Shown here piece after piece: positions 28,421-36,243 of a stretch of DNA of 64,000 nucleotides. The translations under genes and the position numbers were made by a program. Origin of the DNA: Actinomycetales bacterium (GTDB lineage Bacteria > Actinomycetota > Actinomycetes > S36-B12). The stretch lies in contig WGLX01000006.1 of assembly GCA_016125355.1 (NCBI GenBank), positions 109,047 through 173,046 of the forward strand. The letters run 5' to 3'. A model generated the notes under the pieces. That model saw only the letters and a list, made by a program, of their open reading frames with translations. It ran no database searches and was not told the origin of the DNA. The first letter of the stretch is position 1, and the number at the start of each line of letters is the position of its first letter.

Positions 28421-30198
28421 ACGATCCCACCGGCCCGATCGTCTGGCTCGCCTCGTACCCGAAGTCCGGCAATACCTGGTTCCGTGCGATCCTGTCGGCC
28501 GTCAAGCGCGGTACCGAGCTGTTCACCCTCGACGTACTCGCCTCGGGCGGCCAGCCGTTCGGTCTGGCCACCAGCGTCGACGTACTGGGGCTCGATCCCC
28601 GGTGGCTGACCCGCAGCGAGGCCGAGCGGTTGCGGTACACGTTGGTGTCGGGGGCCACCGGCGACGAGCCGCGATTCCGCAAGACCCACGAGCGCTACCG
28701 CACCACGCCGATCGAGTGGCCCGAGGCCGAAGGCGACCCGCCGCCACCATTTCCGGTCGAGGCGACGCGGGCGGCCGTGACGATCGTTCGGGATCCGCGA
28801 GCGGTCGCGGTGTCGCTCGCGCACCACTTCGGCAAGTCGCTCGAGGACTCCGTGGACCGGATGGCCCGTGACGACACCCAGCGCGCCGACCCCGCACGGC
28901 TCATCGGTGAGCAGCCCTGGGGGTCATGGTCCGGTCACGCCAGGGCGTGGCACCCGGCCCATCTGCCCTTCCCCGCCTACCGGATCCGCTACGAGGACAT
29001 GCTCGAGCGGCCGATCGAGACGCTCGTTCCGGTTCTGACCGGCGTGGGGATCGAGGTCGACGAGGCGACCCTCGTCGCGGCGCTGGAACGGGTCCGCATC
29101 GATCGTCTTCAGCAGGACGAGGCCGAGCAGGGCTTCCGTGAGACCCATGCCCGAGCACAGCGCTTCTTCCGATCAGGCTCGGCGGACGCGTGGCGCACGG
29201 AGTTGCCGGCCCACCTGATCCGAGCGATCGAGGCCGACCACCAGGACGTCATGGCGGAGTTGGACTACCCGCTCACCAGCGACGCGCCGACCCGCAGGGC
29301 GACGCTGCGCGCCCGCACATCGGCGCGGCGTCATCGCGTCATTCCGTGGAACCGCCTGCCCGACCACCTCGCCTTGGAGGTGAACGAGGGCGCTGTGCCC
29401 GACACCCTCGACGGCGCCCGCAGCGTCCGGCCCTGGCTCGACGTGGCACCGGGCCGGGCCCTCGTCAGGCTGACCGGCGGGACGCGCGTTCTCGTTGCCG
29501 ACGGCTGCCGAGCGACCGTCCACATCGACGCGGACCAGCGAACCAGCGGCGACTGGGCATGGCCGGTGCAGGGCTGGACGGTCGCTCTGGCGATGCTGCA
29601 GCGCGGTCATCTCGTGCTGCACGCGGCAGCTCTCGAACGCGACGGGCGGGCGGTGTGCGTGGCCGGCGCGACCCGAGCCGGGAAGTCGACGACCGCGGTC
29701 GGACTACTCGATCGCGGCTTCCGGCTGCTCGTGGACGACGTGGCCGTCATGGACCCCGAGGGGGATGGGTCGACCGTCCTCCCGTACCTCAGGGGCGTGC
29801 ATCTGACCCGCTCGGCAGCGGAGCGATTGGGCCTCGACTACGACAACCTGCCCGCCTTGTCCGCTGGCCGCGGCAAGGCGGTCTTCCTCGGCGATGACCC
29901 GGGCGGGATCCCGGTGCCGTTGGGAACGGTCGTCGTCCTTCGGCGCTCGGCGGCGATCGGGGCGGTCACCTCGCGTTGGCTGACCGGGACCGAGAAGCTC
30001 GCCGCCCTCCGGCAGCAGACAGACCGAGACGGTGCTGCGGCCGCGATCCTCGGGCAGGCACCGTACTTCGAGCGCCTGGCGAGGTTGGCCGCGTCGACGC
30101 CCGTCCTCGAACTGACCCGTCCGCCGCGAACGTGGTCACTGCAGGAGGTCGTGGAGGGCGTCATGGCGGCCGAGTCCCAGGTCCTTTCCTCTTCCTGA
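28417..30198 (+). CDS. sulfotransferase fused to an HPr-kinase-like domain
   Basis: ATG at 28417 (ATGA overlap), 593 aa. The N-terminal half has the PAPS 5'-PSB motif SYPKSGNTWFRAIL and the 3'-PB-like TIVRDPRAVAVSLAHH. The C-terminal half has LHAAALERDGRAVCVAGATRAGKSTTAVGLLDRGFRLLVDDVAVMD. There is no in-frame stop between the halves, but an internal start cannot be excluded. Confidence 0.8.
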   Translation: MNDPTGPIVWLASYPKSGNTWFRAILSAVKRGTELFTLDVLASGGQPFGLATSVDVLGLDPRWLTRSEAERLRYTLVSGATGDEPRFRKTHERYRTTPIEWPEAEGDPPPPFPVEATRAAVTIVRDPRAVAVSLAHHFGKSLEDSVDRMARDDTQRADPARLIGEQPWGSWSGHARAWHPAHLPFPAYRIRYEDMLERPIETLVPVLTGVGIEVDEATLVAALERVRIDRLQQDEAEQGFRETHARAQRFFRSGSADAWRTELPAHLIRAIEADHQDVMAELDYPLTSDAPTRRATLRARTSARRHRVIPWNRLPDHLALEVNEGAVPDTLDGARSVRPWLDVAPGRALVRLTGGTRVLVADGCRATVHIDADQRTSGDWAWPVQGWTVALAMLQRGHLVLHAAALERDGRAVCVAGATRAGKSTTAVGLLDRGFRLLVDDVAVMDPEGDGSTVLPYLRGVHLTRSAAERLGLDYDNLPALSAGRGKAVFLGDDPGGIPVPLGTVVVLRRSAAIGAVTSRWLTGTEKLAALRQQTDRDGAAAAILGQAPYFERLARLAASTPVLELTRPPRTWSLQEVVEGVMAAESQVLSSS

Positions 30199-30249
30199 CG
30201 CCATTCGCGGGGCCTTGAAGGCCGAATGGGGACCTGCTTCACTTTGCGG

Positions 30250-30378
30250 ATGAATCGATCATTTCGCCCATGGACGCCGCCGCGGATCGAGATGCTGAGG
30301 AGCGCGGCCTCGGCCGAGAGCGGCAACTCCTCCAGCTCGACGGAGAACACGACGTCCAACCCGTCGGCACCCCGGTAG
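30250..30378 (+). CDS. lasso-type RiPP precursor peptide A-a (42 aa)
   Basis: Not in the ORF track (<60 aa). MNRSFRPWTPPRIEMLRSAASAES|GNSSSSTENTTSNPSAPR. It shares W-x-x-P-x-(I/L/V/M)...A-E-S-G with four other small ORFs. The predicted core is Gly1...Glu8. Confidence 0.75.
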   Translation: MNRSFRPWTPPRIEMLRSAASAESGNSSSSTENTTSNPSAPR

Positions 30379-30448
30379 TCCTTACCGCAGGCCCGCGCAC
30401 CGGCAGAGAACCGTTGCGCGGCATGCGAGGACGTGCTTGACTCCAGGG

Positions 30449-30577
30449 ATGAATACGACAAATCGCCCGTGGTCAGCTCCGCAGATGGAGGTCCTGAGCC
30501 ACGTCCTGTCGGCGGAGAGCGGCAACACCTCATTGATCAGCGAGTCGTCCGTTTCCGGCCCTTCGTCACCGAACTAG
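30449..30577 (+). CDS. lasso-type RiPP precursor peptide A-b (42 aa)
   Basis: Not in the ORF track. MNTTNRPWSAPQMEVLSHVLSAES|GNTSLISESSVSGPSSPN. It has the same length and register as A-a, and conserved codons (ATGAAT...CGCCC(A/G)TGG, GAGAGCGGCAAC). Confidence 0.75.
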   Translation: MNTTNRPWSAPQMEVLSHVLSAESGNTSLISESSVSGPSSPN

Positions 30578-30630
30578 GTCCGAGCTCCGGGGGCTTGTCC
30601 CTTCTGCCCCCCCTGTGCTTCGCTCAGCCC

Positions 30631-30768
30631 ATGACAAACTCATTGCGGATCTGGTCCACCCCTCAGATCCTCGTCCTGCGCTCGACCGCCTCGGCCGAGT
30701 CCGGCACGCACACCACCATCACCGAGGCGACCGCAACCACGTACAGCTCCCCGTCCGGCGGCCGCTAG
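30631..30768 (+). CDS. lasso-type RiPP precursor peptide A-c (45 aa)
   Basis: C-terminal part of track ORF 30433..30768, starting at the ATG at 30631. MTNSLRIWSTPQILVLRSTASAES|GTHTTITEATATTYSSPSGGR. Core Gly1...Glu8. Confidence 0.75.
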   Translation: MTNSLRIWSTPQILVLRSTASAESGTHTTITEATATTYSSPSGGR

Positions 30769-30774
30769 GCCGAT

Positions 30775-30795
30775 ACCGGGTGTCCCGGGCGGTTT
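30775..30795 (+). terminator. weak hairpin plus T-run after the third tandem precursor gene
   Basis: CCGGG-tgt-CCCGG followed by GCGGTTTT, in the 43-nt gap between the convergent A-c and A-PCP-TE genes. The stem is short, so support is weak. Confidence 0.3.
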
Positions 30796-30811
30796 TCCGC
30801 GACCTGTCCGA

Positions 30812-33358
30812 TCAGCCCGTGACGTCGTCCATCGCGTCGAGGGCCTCGCGAATCGCGGTCGCCGTGTGCAGCCCTGCGGAGCCCGCGATCATCCCGTTGT
30901 GGGTCGCCTCGACGACCACCTGCGTCAGACGGACGCCGGGAATCGCGCTCCAGCCGAGGTCCGAGCGGTCCTGACGACCGCCACCAGCGCCCACCGCCCT
31001 CACGAGAACCACATCCCCCTCATAAGGACCGTCCTCGTGGTTCCTGCTGGCCACCTTGGCGAGGGCTTCGAAAGCCGCATGCTGACGTTCTCCGCGACGG
31101 GCCACGACCCCTGCGGTGAGGGCAAGCCATCGGCGACGAGCCCGACGCATCGGCAGCCGGGCCGCCCAGAACGCCTTGCGGGTGAGCGACGATGCCTTCC
31201 CCTGCGCGGCGCGCACCGCCTCCGCCTGCCGGAGCGCAGGACGTAGATCCGATCGCAGCCGTCGGGCCCGGTTCACCTGCTCCGTGACGGCCAGCGTGTC
31301 CAGCAGCACCACGAGGGGCACCGTCACCCCACGGGTGGTGAGCACGCGCGCGGTCTGCATGGCCACCGTGCCCCCGATGGAGTGGCCGATCAGCACGACC
31401 GGCCCGGTGCCCGCCACCTCGACGATGTCCGACGCGGCCGTCGTCGCCATGGCCTCGATGGTGCGGTCAGGGCGCTCGCGTCGGTCGAAGCCGCGTGGCA
31501 CAGCGACCCAGGCGGTACGGCCGCCGATCGTCCGTGCCAGCGTGGCCATCCCGGAGGTGTGGCCACCGCCACCGCCCGGGAAGAGCACCATCGGCACCGC
31601 ATCGCTCGGACCGGTCGCCGCGCGCACGAGGCGCTGCCGGTCCGGGGCGGCCGACACCCAGGCCTCGGCGAGGAGGGCGGGCGTTGGGTGGCGAAGGAGC
31701 AACCCCTCGGACACCGGACGTCCCCATACCGCCTCCAGTCGGGCGCAGACCTCCGACAGCGCGAGCGAGTCCGCGCCCAGGGCCAGCAGGTCGTCGTCGC
31801 GGCCGATGGCCGGATCACCGAGCACGGACCCGAACACCTCGGCAGCCTGCTGCTCGAAGGGGGATCGCGGTGGTGAGAACGCCGGCCTTCCGGTCGCCGA
31901 AGCCATGGCGGTGAGCGCCGCTCGGTCCACCTTGCCCCGGTCCGTGGAGGGCAGCGCGTCCAGCACCTCAACGCGGGCGGGAACATGCGTTCGGGGCAGG
32001 CGATCCGCGAGTGCCGCGCGCACCTGCCACCCGCGGAGGTCCTGGCCCACGACGAACGCCACAGGACGGGGGCGACCTGCCTGGTCGACGGCGATCACCA
32101 CGGCCGCCTCGTCCACGCCAGGCACGCGGCGCACGACGGCCTCGACCTGAACCGGGTCCACGAGCGCTCCCGAGACCTTGACGACATCGTCGGAGCGTCC
32201 CCGCAGGATCAGGGCGCCTGAGACGTCCCACGTGGCCCGGTCGCCGGTCCGGTACGACCGCCCTGTCGGGAGGTCGAGAAACCTCTCGGCGGTTCGCTCG
32301 GGGTCGTCGAGGTAGCCCAAGGCCAGCCATTCGCTCGACACGACAACCTCGCCGACGTCCTCCGGCCCGACGTCCCCACCATCCGGCCCGACCACCCGCA
32401 CCGTGAGCCACGGCACGACCTCGGTCAGCGGAATGGGATCGGTCGGGACGGGCTCCCCCGGGGGGATGCGAACGCCGGCGATCCAGTTGGTCTCGGAGGT
32501 GCTGTACCGGTGGAGCAGGGTTGCCTCGGGGAACAGCGCCCGTGCGCGATCGATCTGGGCAGCGGTCAGCCGGTCGCCGCCGAGGCTGACCAGGCGGACC
32601 CCCGGCAGGGGCGGCATGTCAGCGGACGCCAGCGCAGTGAGGGCTGCCGGCGCCAGGTGCGCGACGGTGACGCCCTCATCGGCGAGGCGATCGAGCACCG
32701 TGTGCGGACCCTCGGCGCTCAGGTCGGCCGTGATCAGGCGTGCGCCGTGCACCAGTGCGGTCCACGTGGGCGTGCCCGCCGCCACGGCGGAGAACGGGCT
32801 GGACACGAGCACCACGTCGTCTTCCGTGATCCCGACGGAACGGCCGTACGACTCGGCGTTGTGCACGATGCTCCGATGGGCGTGCACAACCGCCTTCGGG
32901 CGGCCCGCGGTCCCCGATGTCATCGAGACGGACGCAGGCAGCCCAGCCGCGGGCCAGCTCGGCGAAGTGATGGTCCGCGGGGGCGCTTCGACAGGAATCA
33001 CCTGCGGCCCCAGATCCAGAGCGGCTCGGCGGTGCAGGATGTCGGCAACCACCGCGCCCACGGAGTGCCGCGCCAGGACCTCCGCGTGGAACGCCGGCGG
33101 AGCATGGGGATCGAGCACGAGGTAGGCACGTCCCGACCAGGCGACACCGAGCATGGCCGCAACCATGTCGAGCCCGTCAGTGCACAGCACCGCCACGGGC
33201 CGGTCGGGCAGGGGGGCATCGCCCACCGCGGCGGCGAGCGCGGCGGATCGGACCGCGAGCTCGCGATAGGACAGAGCGCCGTGACGGGACAGGACGGCGA
33301 CCTTGTCGCAGTCCTCGCGGCCGGCGAGGACAGACTCGGGGAGGCTGCGGTCAGCCAT
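30812..33358 (-). CDS. stand-alone NRPS-like protein: adenylation - PCP - thioesterase
   Basis: 848 aa. A-domain cores: SMTSGTAGRPKAV, YSTSET, YRTGD, GRSDDVVKVSG and PSTDRGKVDR. PCP: LGADSLALSE. TE: GHSIGG. Its start overlaps the cyclase stop by 8 nt. Confidence 0.88.
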   Translation of the reverse strand: MADRSLPESVLAGREDCDKVAVLSRHGALSYRELAVRSAALAAAVGDAPLPDRPVAVLCTDGLDMVAAMLGVAWSGRAYLVLDPHAPPAFHAEVLARHSVGAVVADILHRRAALDLGPQVIPVEAPPRTITSPSWPAAGLPASVSMTSGTAGRPKAVVHAHRSIVHNAESYGRSVGITEDDVVLVSSPFSAVAAGTPTWTALVHGARLITADLSAEGPHTVLDRLADEGVTVAHLAPAALTALASADMPPLPGVRLVSLGGDRLTAAQIDRARALFPEATLLHRYSTSETNWIAGVRIPPGEPVPTDPIPLTEVVPWLTVRVVGPDGGDVGPEDVGEVVVSSEWLALGYLDDPERTAERFLDLPTGRSYRTGDRATWDVSGALILRGRSDDVVKVSGALVDPVQVEAVVRRVPGVDEAAVVIAVDQAGRPRPVAFVVGQDLRGWQVRAALADRLPRTHVPARVEVLDALPSTDRGKVDRAALTAMASATGRPAFSPPRSPFEQQAAEVFGSVLGDPAIGRDDDLLALGADSLALSEVCARLEAVWGRPVSEGLLLRHPTPALLAEAWVSAAPDRQRLVRAATGPSDAVPMVLFPGGGGGHTSGMATLARTIGGRTAWVAVPRGFDRRERPDRTIEAMATTAASDIVEVAGTGPVVLIGHSIGGTVAMQTARVLTTRGVTVPLVVLLDTLAVTEQVNRARRLRSDLRPALRQAEAVRAAQGKASSLTRKAFWAARLPMRRARRRWLALTAGVVARRGERQHAAFEALAKVASRNHEDGPYEGDVVLVRAVGAGGGRQDRSDLGWSAIPGVRLTQVVVEATHNGMIAGSAGLHTATAIREALDAMDDVTG

Positions 33359-34940
33359 CGCCCGTGCCGTCCCGGTCTGCTCGGGTCCGGCGGACGAGCT
33401 CCAGCAGCACGGGGTCGTCCTTCGACGTCATGCGGATGTGGTCGGGCACGAGGCCGTCCAGGGCCTTGCGGAACACCAGGCGAGTGTGCCCGCCCAGGCG
33501 GAACACCTCCGGCGGCATGGCCAGCGCCCACTCGACGAGCCGCACGTCCAGTAGGGGGTAGCGGTACTCGACCCCGAAGAGGAGCCCGGCCTCCCGCCAC
33601 GACTCGATCCGGCGCGCCAGGTGGTCGTTGGCGATGAGCGCCTCCTGCACGCCGCGGGGCGAACCCGCCGACCGCAGCCGCACCCGGTGCGCGCGCTGCG
33701 CAGCCACCAGCTCGGGGTGCTCGTGGCCGGTGCTCGCCATGAACTTCTCGCTCGTGCGGGGCTCTTGACGCCTCCCGCCGCGAAGTCGATCCCAGGGATC
33801 CCCGCCCGGCAGCGCCTCCAGCGCCAAGTCCGAGGCCGCCTGTGCACGGGACCGCCCGCGCGACCGGAGTTCCCGATAAGCGGCGCGAACCGGACCGACC
33901 TTGATGGAGCGCACCAGGGCCCGATTCGTCATGCGTCCGTTGAAGCTGGCGAACTCATCGCCGCCCCACCCGCTGAAGATCTGGCGGACGCCGAACTCCG
34001 CATACCGCGGGAGGATCGTGGACTCCCGATTGAGGGTGGAACGAGGCAGCCGGACCGGATCGATCCGCGCCAGCCACTCGGCTTCTCCCAGTTCGTGATG
34101 CCCGAAGATGACCGGCAGGTCGTGCTCAGCGGCCAGCTCCTGGACCAGGGCCCGTTCGTCATAGGCGATGTCGGCACTGTCGAGCGAAGGCAGCGATACC
34201 GGATCGGGGGACCAGGACACGACGGCCGCCAGCGTGCGCCCGCGGGAAGCCAGCTCGCGTTGGACGAGCAGTGCCACGGCCGTGGAATCGAGGCCGCCGG
34301 ACAGGTGTGCGGCGATCGCGTTGACGTCGTCGTGAGGTTCGCCGCGGAGCGCCGCCTCGACGTGGTCTGCCACGACGCCGAGCAGCAGCGCGCGCAGGCA
34401 GTCGGCGGCCTGGTCCACGGAGATGCCGCGCGCCTTCGGCACCTTCTCGGGGAGCCACCACCGGGTGACCGCTGCCTCGCGTCCTTGAATGCGCACCGCA
34501 CAGCCGGGAGGCACGCGATGGACGCCTGCCGCAGGCGTGCGGGTCGGCACCGTCGCGAGCGCGCGGGCCTTGGTCGCCCATGCGAATTCGGCGTCCGCTG
34601 CGATGCCTCCCGGCCGCGCAGCGAGAACCTCGGCGAGGGAGTCGGCGACCACCACGCCGTCGTCCGTTCGGGACCAGTACACGGGCATCAGGCCGAGTTG
34701 GTCCCGGACGATGAGGAGCCCGTCGCCGTCATCGACGGCGTATCCCCACGCACCGCGGAGGCGGGGGCCGGCGGCCCCTCCCCACCGCGTGGCGGCGGCT
34801 GACACGACCTCGCCATCCGAGGCAGAGGCGGATAGCCCCAACCCCGTCTCGAGCTCGGCCCGGTTCGTCAGCCAGCCAGCACTCCACACCACCTCGGCAG
34901 CGGGAGGGTCGGCCAGCACGTGGACATTGTGCCGCGTCAT
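33351..34940 (-). CDS. asparagine-synthetase-like lasso peptide cyclase (C protein)
   Basis: 529 aa. An N-terminal Ntn-like region is followed by the PP-loop AHLSGGLDSTAVA and the AsnB-type C-terminus (GVEYRYPLLDVRLVEWAL). It is divergent from precursor A-d, 54 nt away. Confidence 0.85.
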   Translation of the reverse strand: MTRHNVHVLADPPAAEVVWSAGWLTNRAELETGLGLSASASDGEVVSAAATRWGGAAGPRLRGAWGYAVDDGDGLLIVRDQLGLMPVYWSRTDDGVVVADSLAEVLAARPGGIAADAEFAWATKARALATVPTRTPAAGVHRVPPGCAVRIQGREAAVTRWWLPEKVPKARGISVDQAADCLRALLLGVVADHVEAALRGEPHDDVNAIAAHLSGGLDSTAVALLVQRELASRGRTLAAVVSWSPDPVSLPSLDSADIAYDERALVQELAAEHDLPVIFGHHELGEAEWLARIDPVRLPRSTLNRESTILPRYAEFGVRQIFSGWGGDEFASFNGRMTNRALVRSIKVGPVRAAYRELRSRGRSRAQAASDLALEALPGGDPWDRLRGGRRQEPRTSEKFMASTGHEHPELVAAQRAHRVRLRSAGSPRGVQEALIANDHLARRIESWREAGLLFGVEYRYPLLDVRLVEWALAMPPEVFRLGGHTRLVFRKALDGLVPDHIRMTSKDDPVLLELVRRTRADRDGTGDG

Positions 34941-34959
34941 GGTCCCCGTGAAATGGCTC

Positions 34960-34973
34960 TATCCGAGCGGATA
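34960..34973. promoter_or_regulatory. perfect 14-bp palindrome in the cyclase / precursor A-d divergent promoter (putative operator)
   Basis: TATCCGAGCGGATA lies centrally in the 54-nt intergenic region 34941-34994. The half-site TATCC/GGATA recurs in the repeat block upstream of the GAF-LuxR gene (23061-23098). Confidence 0.4.
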
Positions 34974-34994
34974 CGGAGTCGCTAGCATCCGGCC

Positions 34995-35132
34995 ATGACT
35001 TCGAAGATGCCATGGGGGACCCCCGAGCTGACCCTCCTGCGTTCCGCGGTGGACGCAGAGTCGGGCACGAGGTACTCCGACAGTTCCGAGGGCCAGAGCC
35101 AGTTGACCTTCGTGCCGTCCGGCCAGGCCTAA
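34995..35132 (+). CDS. lasso-type RiPP precursor peptide A-d (45 aa)
   Basis: Not in the ORF track. MTSKMPWGTPELTLLRSAVDAES|GTRYSDSSEGQSQLTFVPSGQA. Core Gly1...Glu9, with Asp6 too close to close a ring. Confidence 0.78.
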   Translation: MTSKMPWGTPELTLLRSAVDAESGTRYSDSSEGQSQLTFVPSGQA

Positions 35133-35147
35133 CGCCGGTCCTCGACC

Positions 35148-35172
35148 GACAGCCGAGGGCCGCTCGGCCGTC
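35148..35172 (+). other. stem-loop between precursor A-d and the downstream kinase-like gene (possible attenuator or RNA-stability element)
   Basis: GACAGCCGAG-ggccg-CTCGGCCGTC, a 10-bp stem with one mismatch. It lies 16 nt after the A-d stop and 35 nt before the ATG at 35207. Confidence 0.35.
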
Positions 35173-35206
35173 CTCATGCAGGGGCGACTGCCGACCCGCT
35201 GATCTC

Positions 35207-36049
35207 ATGACGACGCGTGTGCACTCTCTGCCTGCCCACCTCGGCATCGCTGTCCGCCGCGGCGTCGTACCGACGTCGCTCTCGGGTGGCCGACGCCTCC
35301 CGGGCGGCGTCACTGTCGCCGACGGCACCACCCTGGTGCGGTTTCCCCAAGGTGCCCTCCTCGTCGAGGACGGCACCACAGCCACGGTCGACTGGCCCGG
35401 CGGCAGCGACGTCCCGTCCTGGGTCATCGAGTCTTGGGCCGTGAGCCTGGCCATGGTGCAGCGCGGGAACCTCTGTCTGCACGCGTCCGTGGTTGCCGTG
35501 GGCGACCGGGTCGTCGCCATCGCCGGTGACTCGGGGGCCGGCAAGTCGACCACGGTGCTGGCCCTCGAGGCGCGGGGCCACCGCCTCCTGACCGACGACG
35601 TGGCCATCGTCGACCTGCGACCCGATGGACCGTGGGTGCTGCCGTACCAGCGCAGCGTCCATCTGCTCCCGGACGCGGCGGCCGCGCTCGACGTTGACTT
35701 CGCGGATCTGGCTCCCCTCGCCGACTTCCCCGAAAAGTCCGCCTACCATCCCGCGGCACCGCCGACCGATCCTCTGCCGATCCACGCCGTGGTGCTGCTC
35801 GTGCCGAATGAGGGCATTGAGATGCCCCGCGTGAGGGAACTGCGGGGCGTCGAGAAGGTGCAGTCGACGATGGTCCACGCGGGCCGACCGGTCACGTCTC
35901 CCGCGATCATGGGCGAGGAACGCTACTTCGCGGCCCTGACCGAGCTGGCCGCGCGGACCCCGGTCTACCTCCTCGAGCGGCCGGAAGGCGCGTGGACCCT
36001 CGACGAGGTCTGCACGGCCATCGAGTCGGTGGCCGCCGAGAAACGCTGA
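35207..36049 (+). CDS. HPr-kinase-like protein (candidate RiPP Ser/Thr kinase)
   Basis: ORF 35012..36049 trimmed to the ATG at 35207, giving 280 aa. [46 protein letters not shown] has an intact P-loop. Confidence 0.8.
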   Translation: MTTRVHSLPAHLGIAVRRGVVPTSLSGGRRLPGGVTVADGTTLVRFPQGALLVEDGTTATVDWPGGSDVPSWVIESWAVSLAMVQRGNLCLHASVVAVGDRVVAIAGDSGAGKSTTVLALEARGHRLLTDDVAIVDLRPDGPWVLPYQRSVHLLPDAAAALDVDFADLAPLADFPEKSAYHPAAPPTDPLPIHAVVLLVPNEGIEMPRVRELRGVEKVQSTMVHAGRPVTSPAIMGEERYFAALTELAARTPVYLLERPEGAWTLDEVCTAIESVAAEKR

Positions 36050-36092
36050 CGAGACGATGTACTTCGGCGTGGATGACCACTACCGTCCTCCC

Positions 36093-36233
36093 ATGCGCAC
36101 ACAGAAGCCCTGGGCCGCGCCCGAGGTAGCACTCCTGCGCGCAGCAGGGGACGCCCAAGGCGGTACTTACTCGTGGTCGACGGAGAACTCCGAGACGGCC
36201 ACCGGGTGCGTCGTTCCCTCAGGCAACGTCTGA
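36093..36233 (+). CDS. lasso-type RiPP precursor peptide A-e (46 aa; possible longer form from the ATG at 36057)
   Basis: Not in the ORF track. MRTQKPWAAPEVALLRAAGDAQG|GTYSWSTENSETATGCVVPSGNV. Core Gly1...Glu8. It ends 10 nt from the convergent A-PCP-TE stop. Confidence 0.75.
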   Translation: MRTQKPWAAPEVALLRAAGDAQGGTYSWSTENSETATGCVVPSGNV

Positions 36234-36243
36234 GCCCGATCCC

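Noticed and set aside
29838-30533. 231-aa minus-strand ORF covering the gap after the sulfotransferase gene
   Set aside because: It is the antisense reading of the tandem precursor genes (for example EELPLSAEAALL is antisense to SAASAESGNSS). The plus-strand small ORFs form a conserved family with an invariant register, which explains the region better.
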